NCBI GenBank assembly: GCA_905235415.1
Contig: CAJOKX010000001.1
Location: 208-64,207 of the forward strand
Reading direction: 5' to 3'
Origin: an uncultured Lachnospiraceae bacterium
GTDB lineage: Bacteria > Bacillota > Clostridia > Lachnospirales > Lachnospiraceae
Length of the DNA stretch: 64,000 nucleotides
This document shows positions 48,148 through 57,478 of this stretch, in pieces; within the stretch, counting starts at the first letter, position 1; every line of letters begins with the position of its first letter. A program made the translations under genes and the position numbers. The notes under the pieces are model-generated. The model ran no database searches, was not told the origin of the DNA, and was given only the letters and a program-made list of their open reading frames with translations.

Positions 48148-48188
48148 CAGTTTTTTGGTTTTTAGAAAGTCTGATGGGTGATACAGGA

Positions 48189-48467
48189 ATGACAATTACA
48201 GATGTAAGGGTAAGGAAGATTGCAAAAGACGGAAAGATGAAAGCGATCGTCTCGGTCACATTTGACAACGAGTTTGTGGTACATGACATTAAGGTGATCG
48301 AGGGAGAAAAAGGTCTGTTCATAGCAATGCCGAGCCGAAAGACTGCTGACGGAGAGTATCGGGATATTGCACATCCGATCAATTCTGACACGAGACAGCA
48401 GATGCAGGAGATGATCCTGAGCGAATACGAAAAAGCCATTCCGACCGAAGAGTATGAAGCAGAATAA
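48189..48467 (+). CDS. spoVG: Septation/regulatory protein SpoVG
   Basis: [11 protein letters not shown]...[32 protein letters not shown]. Confidence 0.95.
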   Translation: MTITDVRVRKIAKDGKMKAIVSVTFDNEFVVHDIKVIEGEKGLFIAMPSRKTADGEYRDIAHPINSDTRQQMQEMILSEYEKAIPTEEYEAE

Positions 48468-48576
48468 TCATTAATGGCACTGCAAAGACAACACCGCATA
48501 CAGGTGAGCTCGGTGTTGTCTTTGCACGTAGAGAAGCAATATTAAAATTTGCATATGCAAGTATATACAATACAAA

Positions 48577-48619
48577 CAGGCTCCCGCGGCCTCCAGGGCC
48601 GGGGAGCCTGACTTTTTTT
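48577..48619. terminator. Bidirectional terminator between spoVG and plsC
   Basis: The CAGGCTCCC / GGGAGCCTG stem is followed by ACTTTTTTT on the plus strand and TTTGTATTG on the minus strand. Confidence 0.65.
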
Positions 48620-48644
48620 GACTTTTTTGGCTGACTTTTTTTGC

Positions 48645-49385
48645 TTACAGCATGCTGTGGTTCCGGATGACCATCTCCTCAATCACAGCCCTTGTCCGTG
48701 CGCCGATTCCCTTGAGCTCCTCGCGGGAGAGACCGGCCACTTCGATCGGTTCTCCGAATTCGATGATGACATGTCCGCGGCGAAGCTTCGGAAACTGTGC
48801 CTCGAAGCATTCTCTGGTTCCGACGACGGCAACCGGAATGATCGGGCATCCGGCCTTGGTCGCGATCTTAAAGGACCCTTCATGGAAGGGGAGCAGGTTC
48901 CTCTCGTCCGGGTCTGTTCCGCGCTGTCCTTCCGGATAAATGTACATGGACACGCCGTTTTTGACGTGATCAATTGCATTGATGATCGAAGTCATGTTCT
49001 GCTTCAGGTCGTCCTGGACGAGGAATTCGCAGTAGAGCCGCTTCATCCAGATCGGGAGGATGGGAACCTTCATGAACCCGCTCTTTGCAACGAAACCGGT
49101 CATATGCGGAAGCAGCGGATAACCCAGAATCACATCCAGATAGCTGCGGTGGTTTCCGACAAACAGGACCGGGACGTCATCCGGGATGTGCTCCCTTCCG
49201 ATCACGTCCAGATGGATGCCCATCGGAAGAGTCACCGCTCGGAAACCAAGCTGTACAAGCCTGAACCCGCTCTTCTCTCCGAAATGAGGCCATTTTTTCC
49301 GGATCAGCCACTCGATTCCGAGAATCGGAAGCGACAGGATCAGAAAGAGGGCAGTCAGAACAACAGCGATAATCGTACGAATCAT
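48645..49385 (-). CDS. plsC: 1-acyl-sn-glycerol-3-phosphate acyltransferase
   Basis: The acyltransferase motifs NHRSYLD and YPEGQR are present. Confidence 0.8.
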   Translation of the reverse strand: MIRTIIAVVLTALFLILSLPILGIEWLIRKKWPHFGEKSGFRLVQLGFRAVTLPMGIHLDVIGREHIPDDVPVLFVGNHRSYLDVILGYPLLPHMTGFVAKSGFMKVPILPIWMKRLYCEFLVQDDLKQNMTSIINAIDHVKNGVSMYIYPEGQRGTDPDERNLLPFHEGSFKIATKAGCPIIPVAVVGTRECFEAQFPKLRRGHVIIEFGEPIEVAGLSREELKGIGARTRAVIEEMVIRNHSML

Positions 49386-49388
49386 GGT

Positions 49389-50972
49389 TTACCTTCCATA
49401 GATCTGGGTATAGATCTTCAGCCAGTCTTTTCTCCAGCCCTCGTCCAGCTGCCACTGCTCATAGCGGAAAGCCCAGTTCGCGGCGGCGACGCCGGGCGTG
49501 TTCATGCGGGCTTCGTTGTCCAGCTGCAGCAGGTCCTGGATCGGGAAAATGGCATATTTCGCGATGGAGCCGAGCGCAAAGCGGATGAAGTCAAGCGACA
49601 CGCCGCTTCCGTCACAGTTGCCGTAGCGGCGGATGCGGTCCTTGACCTCTTCGCTCTGGTGCTGGTACCAGCCCAGGGTGGTCTCGTTGTCGTGGGTTCC
49701 GGTGTAGCAGACGCAGTTGACCGTGTCATAGAAATGCGGGACGTACTGCGTGTCGGTCATGTCGCCGTATCCGAACTGGAGCACCTTCATGCCGGGAAGG
49801 TTGAACTGCTTGCGCAGCTGGGTCACTTCATCGGTTATAATGCCCAGGTCCTCGGCGATGATCGGAAGATCTTCTCCCAGTTCCTTCTGCATGGCCAGAA
49901 ACAGCTTTTCGCCGGGCCCCTTTTTCCAGGCTCCTTCGATCGCGGTTTCTGCGTCTGCAGGGACAGACCAGTAGGCTTCGAATCCGCGGAAATGATCGAT
50001 CCGGACACAGTCAACCAGTTCCAGCTGTCTCTTCACGCGGTCGATCCACCATGCATACCCGCTCTTCTCATGCGCTTTCCAGTCATAGAGCGGATTGCCC
50101 CACAGCTGCCCGGTTTCAGAGAAATAATCGGGCGGGACGCCGGCCACCTCTGTCGGGTACCCCTTCGAATCCAGGCAGAACAGCTTCTTCTGGCTCCACA
50201 CGTCGCAGCAGTCGATGGCCATAAAGATCGGGATATCGCCGATGATGGTGATCTCTTTTTGGGCGGCGTACGCACGAAGCTCTGTCCACTGCTTCTGGAA
50301 CAGGAACTGCGTAAACTTATAGAAGCGGATCTCTCCGGCAAGCTTCTTCGTATAGGCAGCCTTCGCCGAAGGCAGACCGTCGCGGATATCCGCGTCCCAG
50401 TCCAGCCAGCAGCGGCCTTCAAAGGAATCCTTTACAGCATAGAACAGCGCGTAGTCATCCAGCCACCTGCGCTGCTGCAGGCAGAACGCTTCAAACTCCG
50501 CGGCAAGCGGGTCCTTGGCCTCGCCGGAAGCTTCCTTCTCCAGGAAATGCGCATACGCGCTTCTGAGCACGCGCATTTTCCAGCCGATCACTGTGCCGTA
50601 GTCGACTTTTTTCGGGTCGAAGGCGGGCTCATCCCACAGATCCTGATCTTCCAGCAGTCCGTCCTCCTTGAGGCGCTCCGGGCTGATGATGTAGATCTGT
50701 CCGGCAAATGCGGACAGACTCTGGTAGGGAGAGTCGCCGAACCCGGTCGGGCCGAGCGGGAGCACCTGCCACAGATGCTGGCCGGTCTGTTCCAGATAAT
50801 CAATGAAATCATATGCACCCTGCCCCAGGTCTCCGATGCCGTGCGGGGAAGGGAATGAAGTCGGGTGTACCAGGATTCCGGAGAATCTGGTGCGGACTTT
50901 CTTCTCCTGCGTGTCTTCAGCTTCCGTGTCTGCGGCTGAAAGAACAGAAGCATTCAATTCCTTACAATCCAT
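49389..50972 (-). CDS. malQ: 4-alpha-glucanotransferase (amylomaltase)
   Basis: GILVHPTSFPSPHGIGDLG and DSPYQS are present. The protein is 527 aa, in the GH77 size range. Confidence 0.9.
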   Translation of the reverse strand: MDCKELNASVLSAADTEAEDTQEKKVRTRFSGILVHPTSFPSPHGIGDLGQGAYDFIDYLEQTGQHLWQVLPLGPTGFGDSPYQSLSAFAGQIYIISPERLKEDGLLEDQDLWDEPAFDPKKVDYGTVIGWKMRVLRSAYAHFLEKEASGEAKDPLAAEFEAFCLQQRRWLDDYALFYAVKDSFEGRCWLDWDADIRDGLPSAKAAYTKKLAGEIRFYKFTQFLFQKQWTELRAYAAQKEITIIGDIPIFMAIDCCDVWSQKKLFCLDSKGYPTEVAGVPPDYFSETGQLWGNPLYDWKAHEKSGYAWWIDRVKRQLELVDCVRIDHFRGFEAYWSVPADAETAIEGAWKKGPGEKLFLAMQKELGEDLPIIAEDLGIITDEVTQLRKQFNLPGMKVLQFGYGDMTDTQYVPHFYDTVNCVCYTGTHDNETTLGWYQHQSEEVKDRIRRYGNCDGSGVSLDFIRFALGSIAKYAIFPIQDLLQLDNEARMNTPGVAAANWAFRYEQWQLDEGWRKDWLKIYTQIYGR

Positions 50973-51013
50973 ATAAACCTAAACCTCCTGAAAAACGGTC
51001 AGTACCGATATTC

Positions 51014-51042
51014 ATTTTACCCCAGCGGCAGGGAATGCGCAA
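51014..51042 (-). promoter_or_regulatory. Candidate promoter for malQ-plsC
   Basis: On the minus strand: TTGCGC, a 17-nt spacer, then TAAAAT. Confidence 0.4.
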
Positions 51043-51233
51043 CAAACACGGCACGAATGGGATTCTTATGGTATGATAACAGGGTACCCGGCGATGCCGG
51101 GAATCTTTCCGAATGACGCCGGGAATCCTTCTTAATAAAGAATTAGGGGATTATACGGAGGAATGCCCGGTTCCGGCTGCTATACTTTTAGAACCGGCCC
51201 CGCCGCCGGAATATCTGACAGGAGACAGAGACT

Positions 51234-51980
51234 ATGGCTGAGAATTATACGATCCTTGTGTGCGATGACGAGAAGGAGATCACGGACGCGATCGAGATCT
51301 ATCTGTCCCAGGAGGGATATCGTGTTCTGAAAGCGTACGACGGGAATCAGGCGGTTGAGATCCTGAACCGGGAGAAGATCCATCTGCTGATCATAGACCT
51401 TATGATGCCGGGCATGGACGGCATGACGGCGGTTTTGAAGATCCGCAAGACCATGAATCTGAGCATCCCGATCATTATCCTGTCCGCGAAGAGCCAGGAT
51501 ACGGACAAGATCATGGGACTCAATTACGGGGCGGACGACTATATCACGAAGCCGTTCAGCCCGCTGGAGCTTGTCGCGCGCGTCAACAGCCAGCTTAGGC
51601 GCTACACGACGCTCGGGACGATCACGGAACCCGAGAAACAGGAGAACCTCTATCAGAGCGGCGGCCTGGTCATTGACGATGATAAAAAGGAAGTCACCGT
51701 GAACGGGGAGAGCGTCCGGCTGACGCGGATTGAGTACAACATCCTGCTCCTTCTGCTCCAGAACAAGGGGAAGGTGTTTTCCATCGATCAGATCTATGAG
51801 AAGATCTGGAACGAAGAGGCGTTCTGTGCGGACAACACCGTCACGGTACACATCCGCCACATCCGCGAGAAGATCGAGATCGATCCGAAGAATCCGAAGT
51901 ACCTGAAGGTGATGTGGGGGATCGGATATAAAGTGGAGGATCTTCCTCCCGAAGAGATTCCGTCTGCGCAGTCGACGTGA
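51234..51980 (+). CDS. OmpR-family response regulator
   Basis: A receiver domain (LVCDDE...DLMMPGMDG) is followed by a winged-helix output domain (LTRIEYNILLLL). Confidence 0.9.
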   Translation: MAENYTILVCDDEKEITDAIEIYLSQEGYRVLKAYDGNQAVEILNREKIHLLIIDLMMPGMDGMTAVLKIRKTMNLSIPIIILSAKSQDTDKIMGLNYGADDYITKPFSPLELVARVNSQLRRYTTLGTITEPEKQENLYQSGGLVIDDDKKEVTVNGESVRLTRIEYNILLLLLQNKGKVFSIDQIYEKIWNEEAFCADNTVTVHIRHIREKIEIDPKNPKYLKVMWGIGYKVEDLPPEEIPSAQST

Positions 51981-52000
51981 CTGCCGGCGGGAGGAGGCAG

Positions 52001-54331
52001 ATGAAAGAGAAGAATTACAGTCCGGCCGGGAAGCGCGCGCTCGTGCTGATGCAGTGCCTGTGCACGGCGGCAGTTGTTTTGTGTCTTCTGCTGATTGAAC
52101 GGAGGCTGGACGGAACCTTTGATATTGCACAGCTCGGCCGCTCCTTTGAGGAGACGGCCGTCTTTCTGAGCGACACAGAGGATACGATCCGCCGCAAGAC
52201 GGACTGTGAGCGCAACATCGTGCTCTTCCAGAGCGGCGGGGAAACCGATCTGAACAAAGAGATCGATATACGTCAATATGTGATGGGCGTCGACGATGAG
52301 GCGAACCGCAATGAGAACCTGACGTATCTTCTGAGCGATCTGATTAATTTCTATCCCAGTCTGGAAAATCTGCGCCAGGTGGTCCGCACGGCGGAAGAAA
52401 GCGGGGAGGGACAGCCTTCCTCGAGAGAATCCTGGGAAGCGCTGAGCGGGAAGGCGGAGGAGGCCGAACTGATCCTTCCGCTCTCCGGCAATACGCTTGC
52501 GTCGACGGCAGGCGCTTCGGCGACGCCGTATGAGACGCTTCTGGAATATTACAGCGTCCTTGAAAAGGCGTGCGAGGACATCCACATCAGATACCGGTCG
52601 TATGTGGAAGATTACGAGAATCCGGAGGGATCGGCCAGCCCCGATGCGCCCAGCAACATCAGTTACTACCTGGAAGACCTGCAGACGAAGCGGACCTACA
52701 CGAATATGGGCGTGAACAGCGTCGCTGCTGCCAGAGTCGCGGTCGAAGAGGATCATGAACTGACGATGCTCTTCGACGGAGTCCGCACGAAGGACATCAT
52801 GGTGGCGAACTCTGAGTATACGCTGAACGAGCGGGCAGCATCCTGGTTCATAGACAGTGTGTTCCTGGGGTCCAATGAGAGAGTGGTGATTGCCGTCAAT
52901 CGTGACTATCCGGCAGGGGATGAGCTCCGGGAAGACTATCTGGCCTACCAGAAGAGAGAACCCCAGATCCTGTGCGCGCTCCTGTTTGCGGTGCTCCTGG
53001 CGGCGGGGACGATCCTGTGCCTGACGGGAAGTGTGATCATGACCGGCAGGAAAAACCGCACGGAGCTGATCCCGCTGACAGGATACGACCTGATTCCGAC
53101 CGAGATTGCCGCCGGGATCGGCATCATCACTGCCCTGATCTGGTTCTATCTGTGCAGATGGCTGATCCGCCGGCCGGGTTCCATCCGCGTGCAGGCCCTC
53201 TTCAAGGCCCTGTTCTGGGCGGGACTGTACTGGATCGGACTGATGATGCTGCTGAGCATGGTCAGACGCATCCGGTGGAAGAGCCTGTGGACGAACAGCG
53301 TGTTCTATACCGTTGTGCGGGTCGGCGCGCAGATGATCGAGGCGAGGGTTACCTCCGCCAGGATGCTGATCGTATTTGCCGTCTATATCCTGCTCAACTT
53401 TCTGTTTCTGCGCTTCTTCGGGACGATCGGGATCGTGATCACGATCGTGCTGGATCTGGCGCTGGTCCTGTACCTGATCGCGGACCAGCTCGGAAAACTG
53501 AGCGTCCGGGAAGGACTGCGCGAGCTTTCCAAGGGCAGGCTGGACTATAAGATCGACACCAGTTCACTGACCGGAGACAGCCTGGAGATGGCGGAGGCCG
53601 TCAATGAGATGGGCGACGGCCTGAAGGAGGCGGTCGATTCGATCGTGCGCAGCGAGCGGCTGAAGACAGAGCTGATCACGAATGTATCGCACGACCTGAA
53701 GACGCCCCTGACTTCCATCATCAATTACGTGGACCTTCTGAAGCGGGAGGATCTCCAGAATGAGAAGGCGCGCGAGTATGTGGATATCCTGGACCGCAAG
53801 AGCCAGCGGCTCAAGAGCCTGATCACGGACCTGATCGAAGCCAGCCGCATCAGCTCGGGCAATGTGGAGCTGAATATGACCAGCCTGGACCTGCGCTCCA
53901 TGGTGCAGATGGCGGTGGGCGAATACGCGGACCGCTTTGAAGAACTGGACCTGACGCCTGTCACAGACGAGGAGGAGCAGGGCAGGAAGCTGATGATCAG
54001 CGCCGATCCCTCCCAGCTGTTCCGGGTATTTGACAATCTCCTGAGCAACATTGCCAAATACGCAAAACCGGGAACCGAGGTCAGAATCAGTCTGAAGACA
54101 GAGGACGGCATGGCGTCGTGTTCATTTGAAAATGAATCTTCCGAGGAGCTTACAAAGAGCGGCGTGGAGCTGGAGGAGCGTTTTGTGCGGGGAGACAGCA
54201 GCAGGAGCTCCGAGGGAAGCGGACTGGGCCTGTCGATTGCGTCCAGCCTGACCCGCATGATGGGCGGGGAGTTCACGCTGAGCGCGCAGGATCATCTCTT
54301 CTGCGCAAGGGTCCGTTTCCCCCTGATCTGA
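52001..54331 (+). CDS. Sensor histidine kinase with a large N-terminal extracytoplasmic region and a multi-TM block
   Basis: The H-box is ITNVSHDLKTPLTSI. The HATPase N and G boxes are present (NLLSNIAKY, GSGLGLSI). The ATG follows GGAGGAGG. Confidence 0.85.
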   Translation: MKEKNYSPAGKRALVLMQCLCTAAVVLCLLLIERRLDGTFDIAQLGRSFEETAVFLSDTEDTIRRKTDCERNIVLFQSGGETDLNKEIDIRQYVMGVDDEANRNENLTYLLSDLINFYPSLENLRQVVRTAEESGEGQPSSRESWEALSGKAEEAELILPLSGNTLASTAGASATPYETLLEYYSVLEKACEDIHIRYRSYVEDYENPEGSASPDAPSNISYYLEDLQTKRTYTNMGVNSVAAARVAVEEDHELTMLFDGVRTKDIMVANSEYTLNERAASWFIDSVFLGSNERVVIAVNRDYPAGDELREDYLAYQKREPQILCALLFAVLLAAGTILCLTGSVIMTGRKNRTELIPLTGYDLIPTEIAAGIGIITALIWFYLCRWLIRRPGSIRVQALFKALFWAGLYWIGLMMLLSMVRRIRWKSLWTNSVFYTVVRVGAQMIEARVTSARMLIVFAVYILLNFLFLRFFGTIGIVITIVLDLALVLYLIADQLGKLSVREGLRELSKGRLDYKIDTSSLTGDSLEMAEAVNEMGDGLKEAVDSIVRSERLKTELITNVSHDLKTPLTSIINYVDLLKREDLQNEKAREYVDILDRKSQRLKSLITDLIEASRISSGNVELNMTSLDLRSMVQMAVGEYADRFEELDLTPVTDEEEQGRKLMISADPSQLFRVFDNLLSNIAKYAKPGTEVRISLKTEDGMASCSFENESSEELTKSGVELEERFVRGDSSRSSEGSGLGLSIASSLTRMMGGEFTLSAQDHLFCARVRFPLI

Positions 54332-54530
54332 CGGATCCGTTTCTCACTGATCTGACGGATCCGGTCTCCCCGGCAGCCTTCTGCTTTGCAGGGACGTGAA
54401 AGTTTGGTGAATTATAGATCGCTTTGCTTGCAGGGCGCGGGCAAAGGATATATTCTTGAGTATACTTTTGAAGGGCTGATTGTCTGCGCCCGGGCAAAGA
54501 GGGCCGGGCAGGCACAGGGGTGAGACAAAG

Positions 54531-54932
54531 ATGAATTGGAGAGACCGTTTTAACAGATTCATGGCCGGACGATACGGGCAGGATGACTTTTCCAGATTTC
54601 TTCTGATTGTGGCGCTGGTGCTGCTGGTTCTGGAGTTCCTGTTCGGGATTCCCGGATTCGGGATTGTCATTTTCCTTCTTCTGGGGTATGTTTATTTCCG
54701 CATGTTTTCGCGCAATATCCCGGCGAGATACGCGGAGAACCAGAAGTACCTGCAGATGAAGAACAAGGCCGCCGCGCTCTTTGGGGGCAGAGGGGCCGGC
54801 AGGGCGGACCAGAAAACCCATCATATCTACAAATGCCCGAAATGCGGCCAGAAGATCCGGATTCCGAAGGGCAAGGGGATGGTCGAGATCACCTGCCCGA
54901 AATGCAGGACCCGGTTCCGCAAGAGGTCTTAA
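54531..54932 (+). CDS. Small membrane protein with a C-terminal zinc ribbon
   Basis: A hydrophobic stretch LLIVALVLLVLEFLFGIPGFGIVIFLLLGYVYF is followed by CPKCGQKIRIPKGKGMVEITCPKCRTRF. Confidence 0.6.
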   Translation: MNWRDRFNRFMAGRYGQDDFSRFLLIVALVLLVLEFLFGIPGFGIVIFLLLGYVYFRMFSRNIPARYAENQKYLQMKNKAAALFGGRGAGRADQKTHHIYKCPKCGQKIRIPKGKGMVEITCPKCRTRFRKRS

Positions 54933-54935
54933 ACC

Positions 54936-55856
54936 ATGTTTGGCTATATTACGGTAAACCGGCCTGAGATGAAGGTGAAGGACCTGGAACTGTACCGCAG
55001 CTATTACTGCGGTCTGTGCGCGGAGCTTCACAGAAGGTACGGGAGGAAGGGCCAGCTGGTGCTGTCCTATGACTGTACATTTCTCGCGATCCTGCTGAGC
55101 GGGACATATGAGCCCGGGGAGAAGGAGGAGATGTGCAGATGCATCCTGCATCCCGCCCTTGTGCACAGGGAAATCACCAGCCGCTTCACAGAGTATGCCG
55201 CTGACATGAATGTGCTTCTGGCATATCTGAAAGCAGCCGACGACTGGAGGGATGAGCGCAGCCAGAGCGCGAAGATGCTGGCGATGCTGCTGCATGGGCC
55301 GTATCTGGAGCTGCGGGAAAAGTATCCCAGACAGGAGAAGTCGGTCCGCCGGAATATACAGGCGCTTCACAGGATGGAGACGCAGCCTGTGGAAGGATCT
55401 TCCGGTTCCGGGAGCGCAGACGGCGGGATGACGGAGATTCTGAGCCGGATCGAGCAAAGCGCCGCCTGCACCGGGAAATTCCTGGGAGAGCTGTGCGTTG
55501 TGTCGGAGGATGAATGGGCATCTGCGCTGCGGGCCACCGGGTTTTACCTGGGGAAGTTCGTCTATCTGATGGATGCCTATGACGACCTGGAAAAGGACCG
55601 CAGCAGCGGTTCCTATAATGTCCTTCTGGATCTTCAGGCCGCCGTTCCGGAGACGTTCGATTCATTTGTGCAGGAGATTCTTCTGGACACGGCCGCGCAT
55701 TGCTGCAGGGCTTTTGAGCGCCTTCCGATCGTGAAGGATGTAGACCTGCTGCGCAACATCCTGTATTCGGGGATCTGGGTCAGGTTCAACCAGATCCGGA
55801 GCGGACAGAGCGATCCCCGGAGGATGCCGGCTGCGTGCGATTCCATATGGAAATAG
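54936..55856 (+). CDS. Conserved hypothetical protein (N-terminal MFGYI...YYCGLC; I recall similar proteins being annotated DUF5685)
   Basis: The ORF is 306 aa and starts 3 nt after the preceding stop. It uses GC3-rich codons like its neighbours. Confidence 0.6.
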   Translation: MFGYITVNRPEMKVKDLELYRSYYCGLCAELHRRYGRKGQLVLSYDCTFLAILLSGTYEPGEKEEMCRCILHPALVHREITSRFTEYAADMNVLLAYLKAADDWRDERSQSAKMLAMLLHGPYLELREKYPRQEKSVRRNIQALHRMETQPVEGSSGSGSADGGMTEILSRIEQSAACTGKFLGELCVVSEDEWASALRATGFYLGKFVYLMDAYDDLEKDRSSGSYNVLLDLQAAVPETFDSFVQEILLDTAAHCCRAFERLPIVKDVDLLRNILYSGIWVRFNQIRSGQSDPRRMPAACDSIWK

Positions 55857-55997
55857 GCGAAGACTTCCGGCTGCAGGAAGCCGGGACAGGCGCTCTTTTC
55901 CGGGGGGCATCGTGGAAAATGAGCAGGATGAACGTATATATAAAGATATAAAGCATGCCCGCAAGGCACTGTTTTCAGACAGTACAGGGGAAGGCAG

Positions 55998-56726
55998 ATG
56001 AGAGATCCGTATGAGGTTCTGGGCGTTTCCAGAGACGCATCCGAGGAGGAGATTAAAAAGGCTTACCGCAATCTGAGCCGCAAATACCATCCGGACGCGA
56101 ATATCAATAATCCGAATAAAGCAGAGGCTGAGGAGAAGTTCAAGGAAGTCCAGCAGGCATACGAGGCGATCCAGAACGGCCAGACCGGATTCGGCGGATA
56201 CGGTCCCGGCAGCAGCTATGGCCAGAGCGGTTATGGCGGTTATGGCGGCTATGGGGCAGGGAGCGGCCGGGACGGCTATGGCTCCGGCTTCTACGGAGGA
56301 TTCGGCCCGTTCGGATTCGGAGGATATGCAGGAGGAGGCGCGCAGCGCACCCAGAGTGAGTCCGACGTGCATCTCCAGGCGGCGCTCAATTACATCAACA
56401 GCCGCCATTATGAGGAGGCGCTCAATGTCCTGAACGGGATCAAGGAGCGTGACGCGCGCTGGTACTATTACAGCGCGATGGCAAACGCAGGAAGCGGAAA
56501 CAATGTCCTTGCCAGGCAGATGGCGCAGACAGCCGTCAATATGGATCCGGATAATATGCAGTACAGGCAGTACCTGAACATGCTCGAAGGCGGAGGAGAC
56601 TGGTACCGTGGAATGGGCAGCCAGTACGGAACTCCGATGAATGCAGGCACTGACGTCTGCACGAGACTGTGCATTGCGAACCTTCTGTGCGGCATATGCG
56701 GCCCGGGTGTTTGCTGCTGTATCTGA
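55998..56726 (+). CDS. J-domain protein with a G/Y-rich linker and a Cys-rich C-terminus
   Basis: The J domain reads [31 protein letters not shown], including the HPD motif. GYGGYGGYG repeats follow. The C-terminus is [22 protein letters not shown]. There is no DnaJ zinc-finger or CTD. Confidence 0.75.
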   Translation: MRDPYEVLGVSRDASEEEIKKAYRNLSRKYHPDANINNPNKAEAEEKFKEVQQAYEAIQNGQTGFGGYGPGSSYGQSGYGGYGGYGAGSGRDGYGSGFYGGFGPFGFGGYAGGGAQRTQSESDVHLQAALNYINSRHYEEALNVLNGIKERDARWYYYSAMANAGSGNNVLARQMAQTAVNMDPDNMQYRQYLNMLEGGGDWYRGMGSQYGTPMNAGTDVCTRLCIANLLCGICGPGVCCCI

Positions 56727-56819
56727 CAGCGCGCAACATGGACACGGATCGTGTAAATTGCTAAAATATAAGTACAGAAACCGACCGCATGAGTATGCTA
56801 ACGAACAGGAGGGTGAGAT

Positions 56820-57431
56820 ATGGCAGGAAGAGATATCATTACCATCGGCAGACAATTCGGAAGCGGTGGACATGAGGTGGGAAGAAGGCTGGCAGCGGAG
56901 CTGGGATATACGCTCTATGACAAAGAACTGCTGAAGATGGTTGCGCAGGAAAGCAACATCTGTGAACAGGTTCTGGAAGATTACGATGAGAAGCCGACCG
57001 GGAGTCTGCTGTATTCGATCGTAATGGATATGTATCCGACCGTGAGTTTTCCGGGAAACAATCTGCATCAGCAGATTCTGCAGGCACAGTACGATACGAT
57101 TATGAAGATCGGCCAGAAGGGCGGCTGCGTCATCGTGGGAAGGGCCGCAGATTACTATCTGCGGGAGAATCCGCACCTGATCAGCGTATTTATCCATGCA
57201 AACGATGAATTCCGTGCGAAGAGGATCATGGAATATGAACACATCAGCAGGGAAAAAGCGATGGATATGATCAGCAAGGCCGACAAGAAGAGGGCCTCCT
57301 TCTATAATTTCCAGACTGACAGGAAATGGGGGCAGGCGTCTTCCTATAACCTGACGGTGGATGCGGGAGACCTGGGAATCGACAACAGTGTAACCCTCAT
57401 CCGCAGGTACCTGGAGCTGAGGCATCAGTGA
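56820..57431 (+). CDS. Cytidylate-kinase-like family protein
   Basis: IITIGRQFGSGGHEVGRRLA is the P-loop-like N-terminus typical of this family. Confidence 0.65.
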   Translation: MAGRDIITIGRQFGSGGHEVGRRLAAELGYTLYDKELLKMVAQESNICEQVLEDYDEKPTGSLLYSIVMDMYPTVSFPGNNLHQQILQAQYDTIMKIGQKGGCVIVGRAADYYLRENPHLISVFIHANDEFRAKRIMEYEHISREKAMDMISKADKKRASFYNFQTDRKWGQASSYNLTVDAGDLGIDNSVTLIRRYLELRHQ

Positions 57432-57478
57432 CAGGCAGGCGCAGGATGCAGAAGTAGCAAGGGAGCGGAATACCAATT

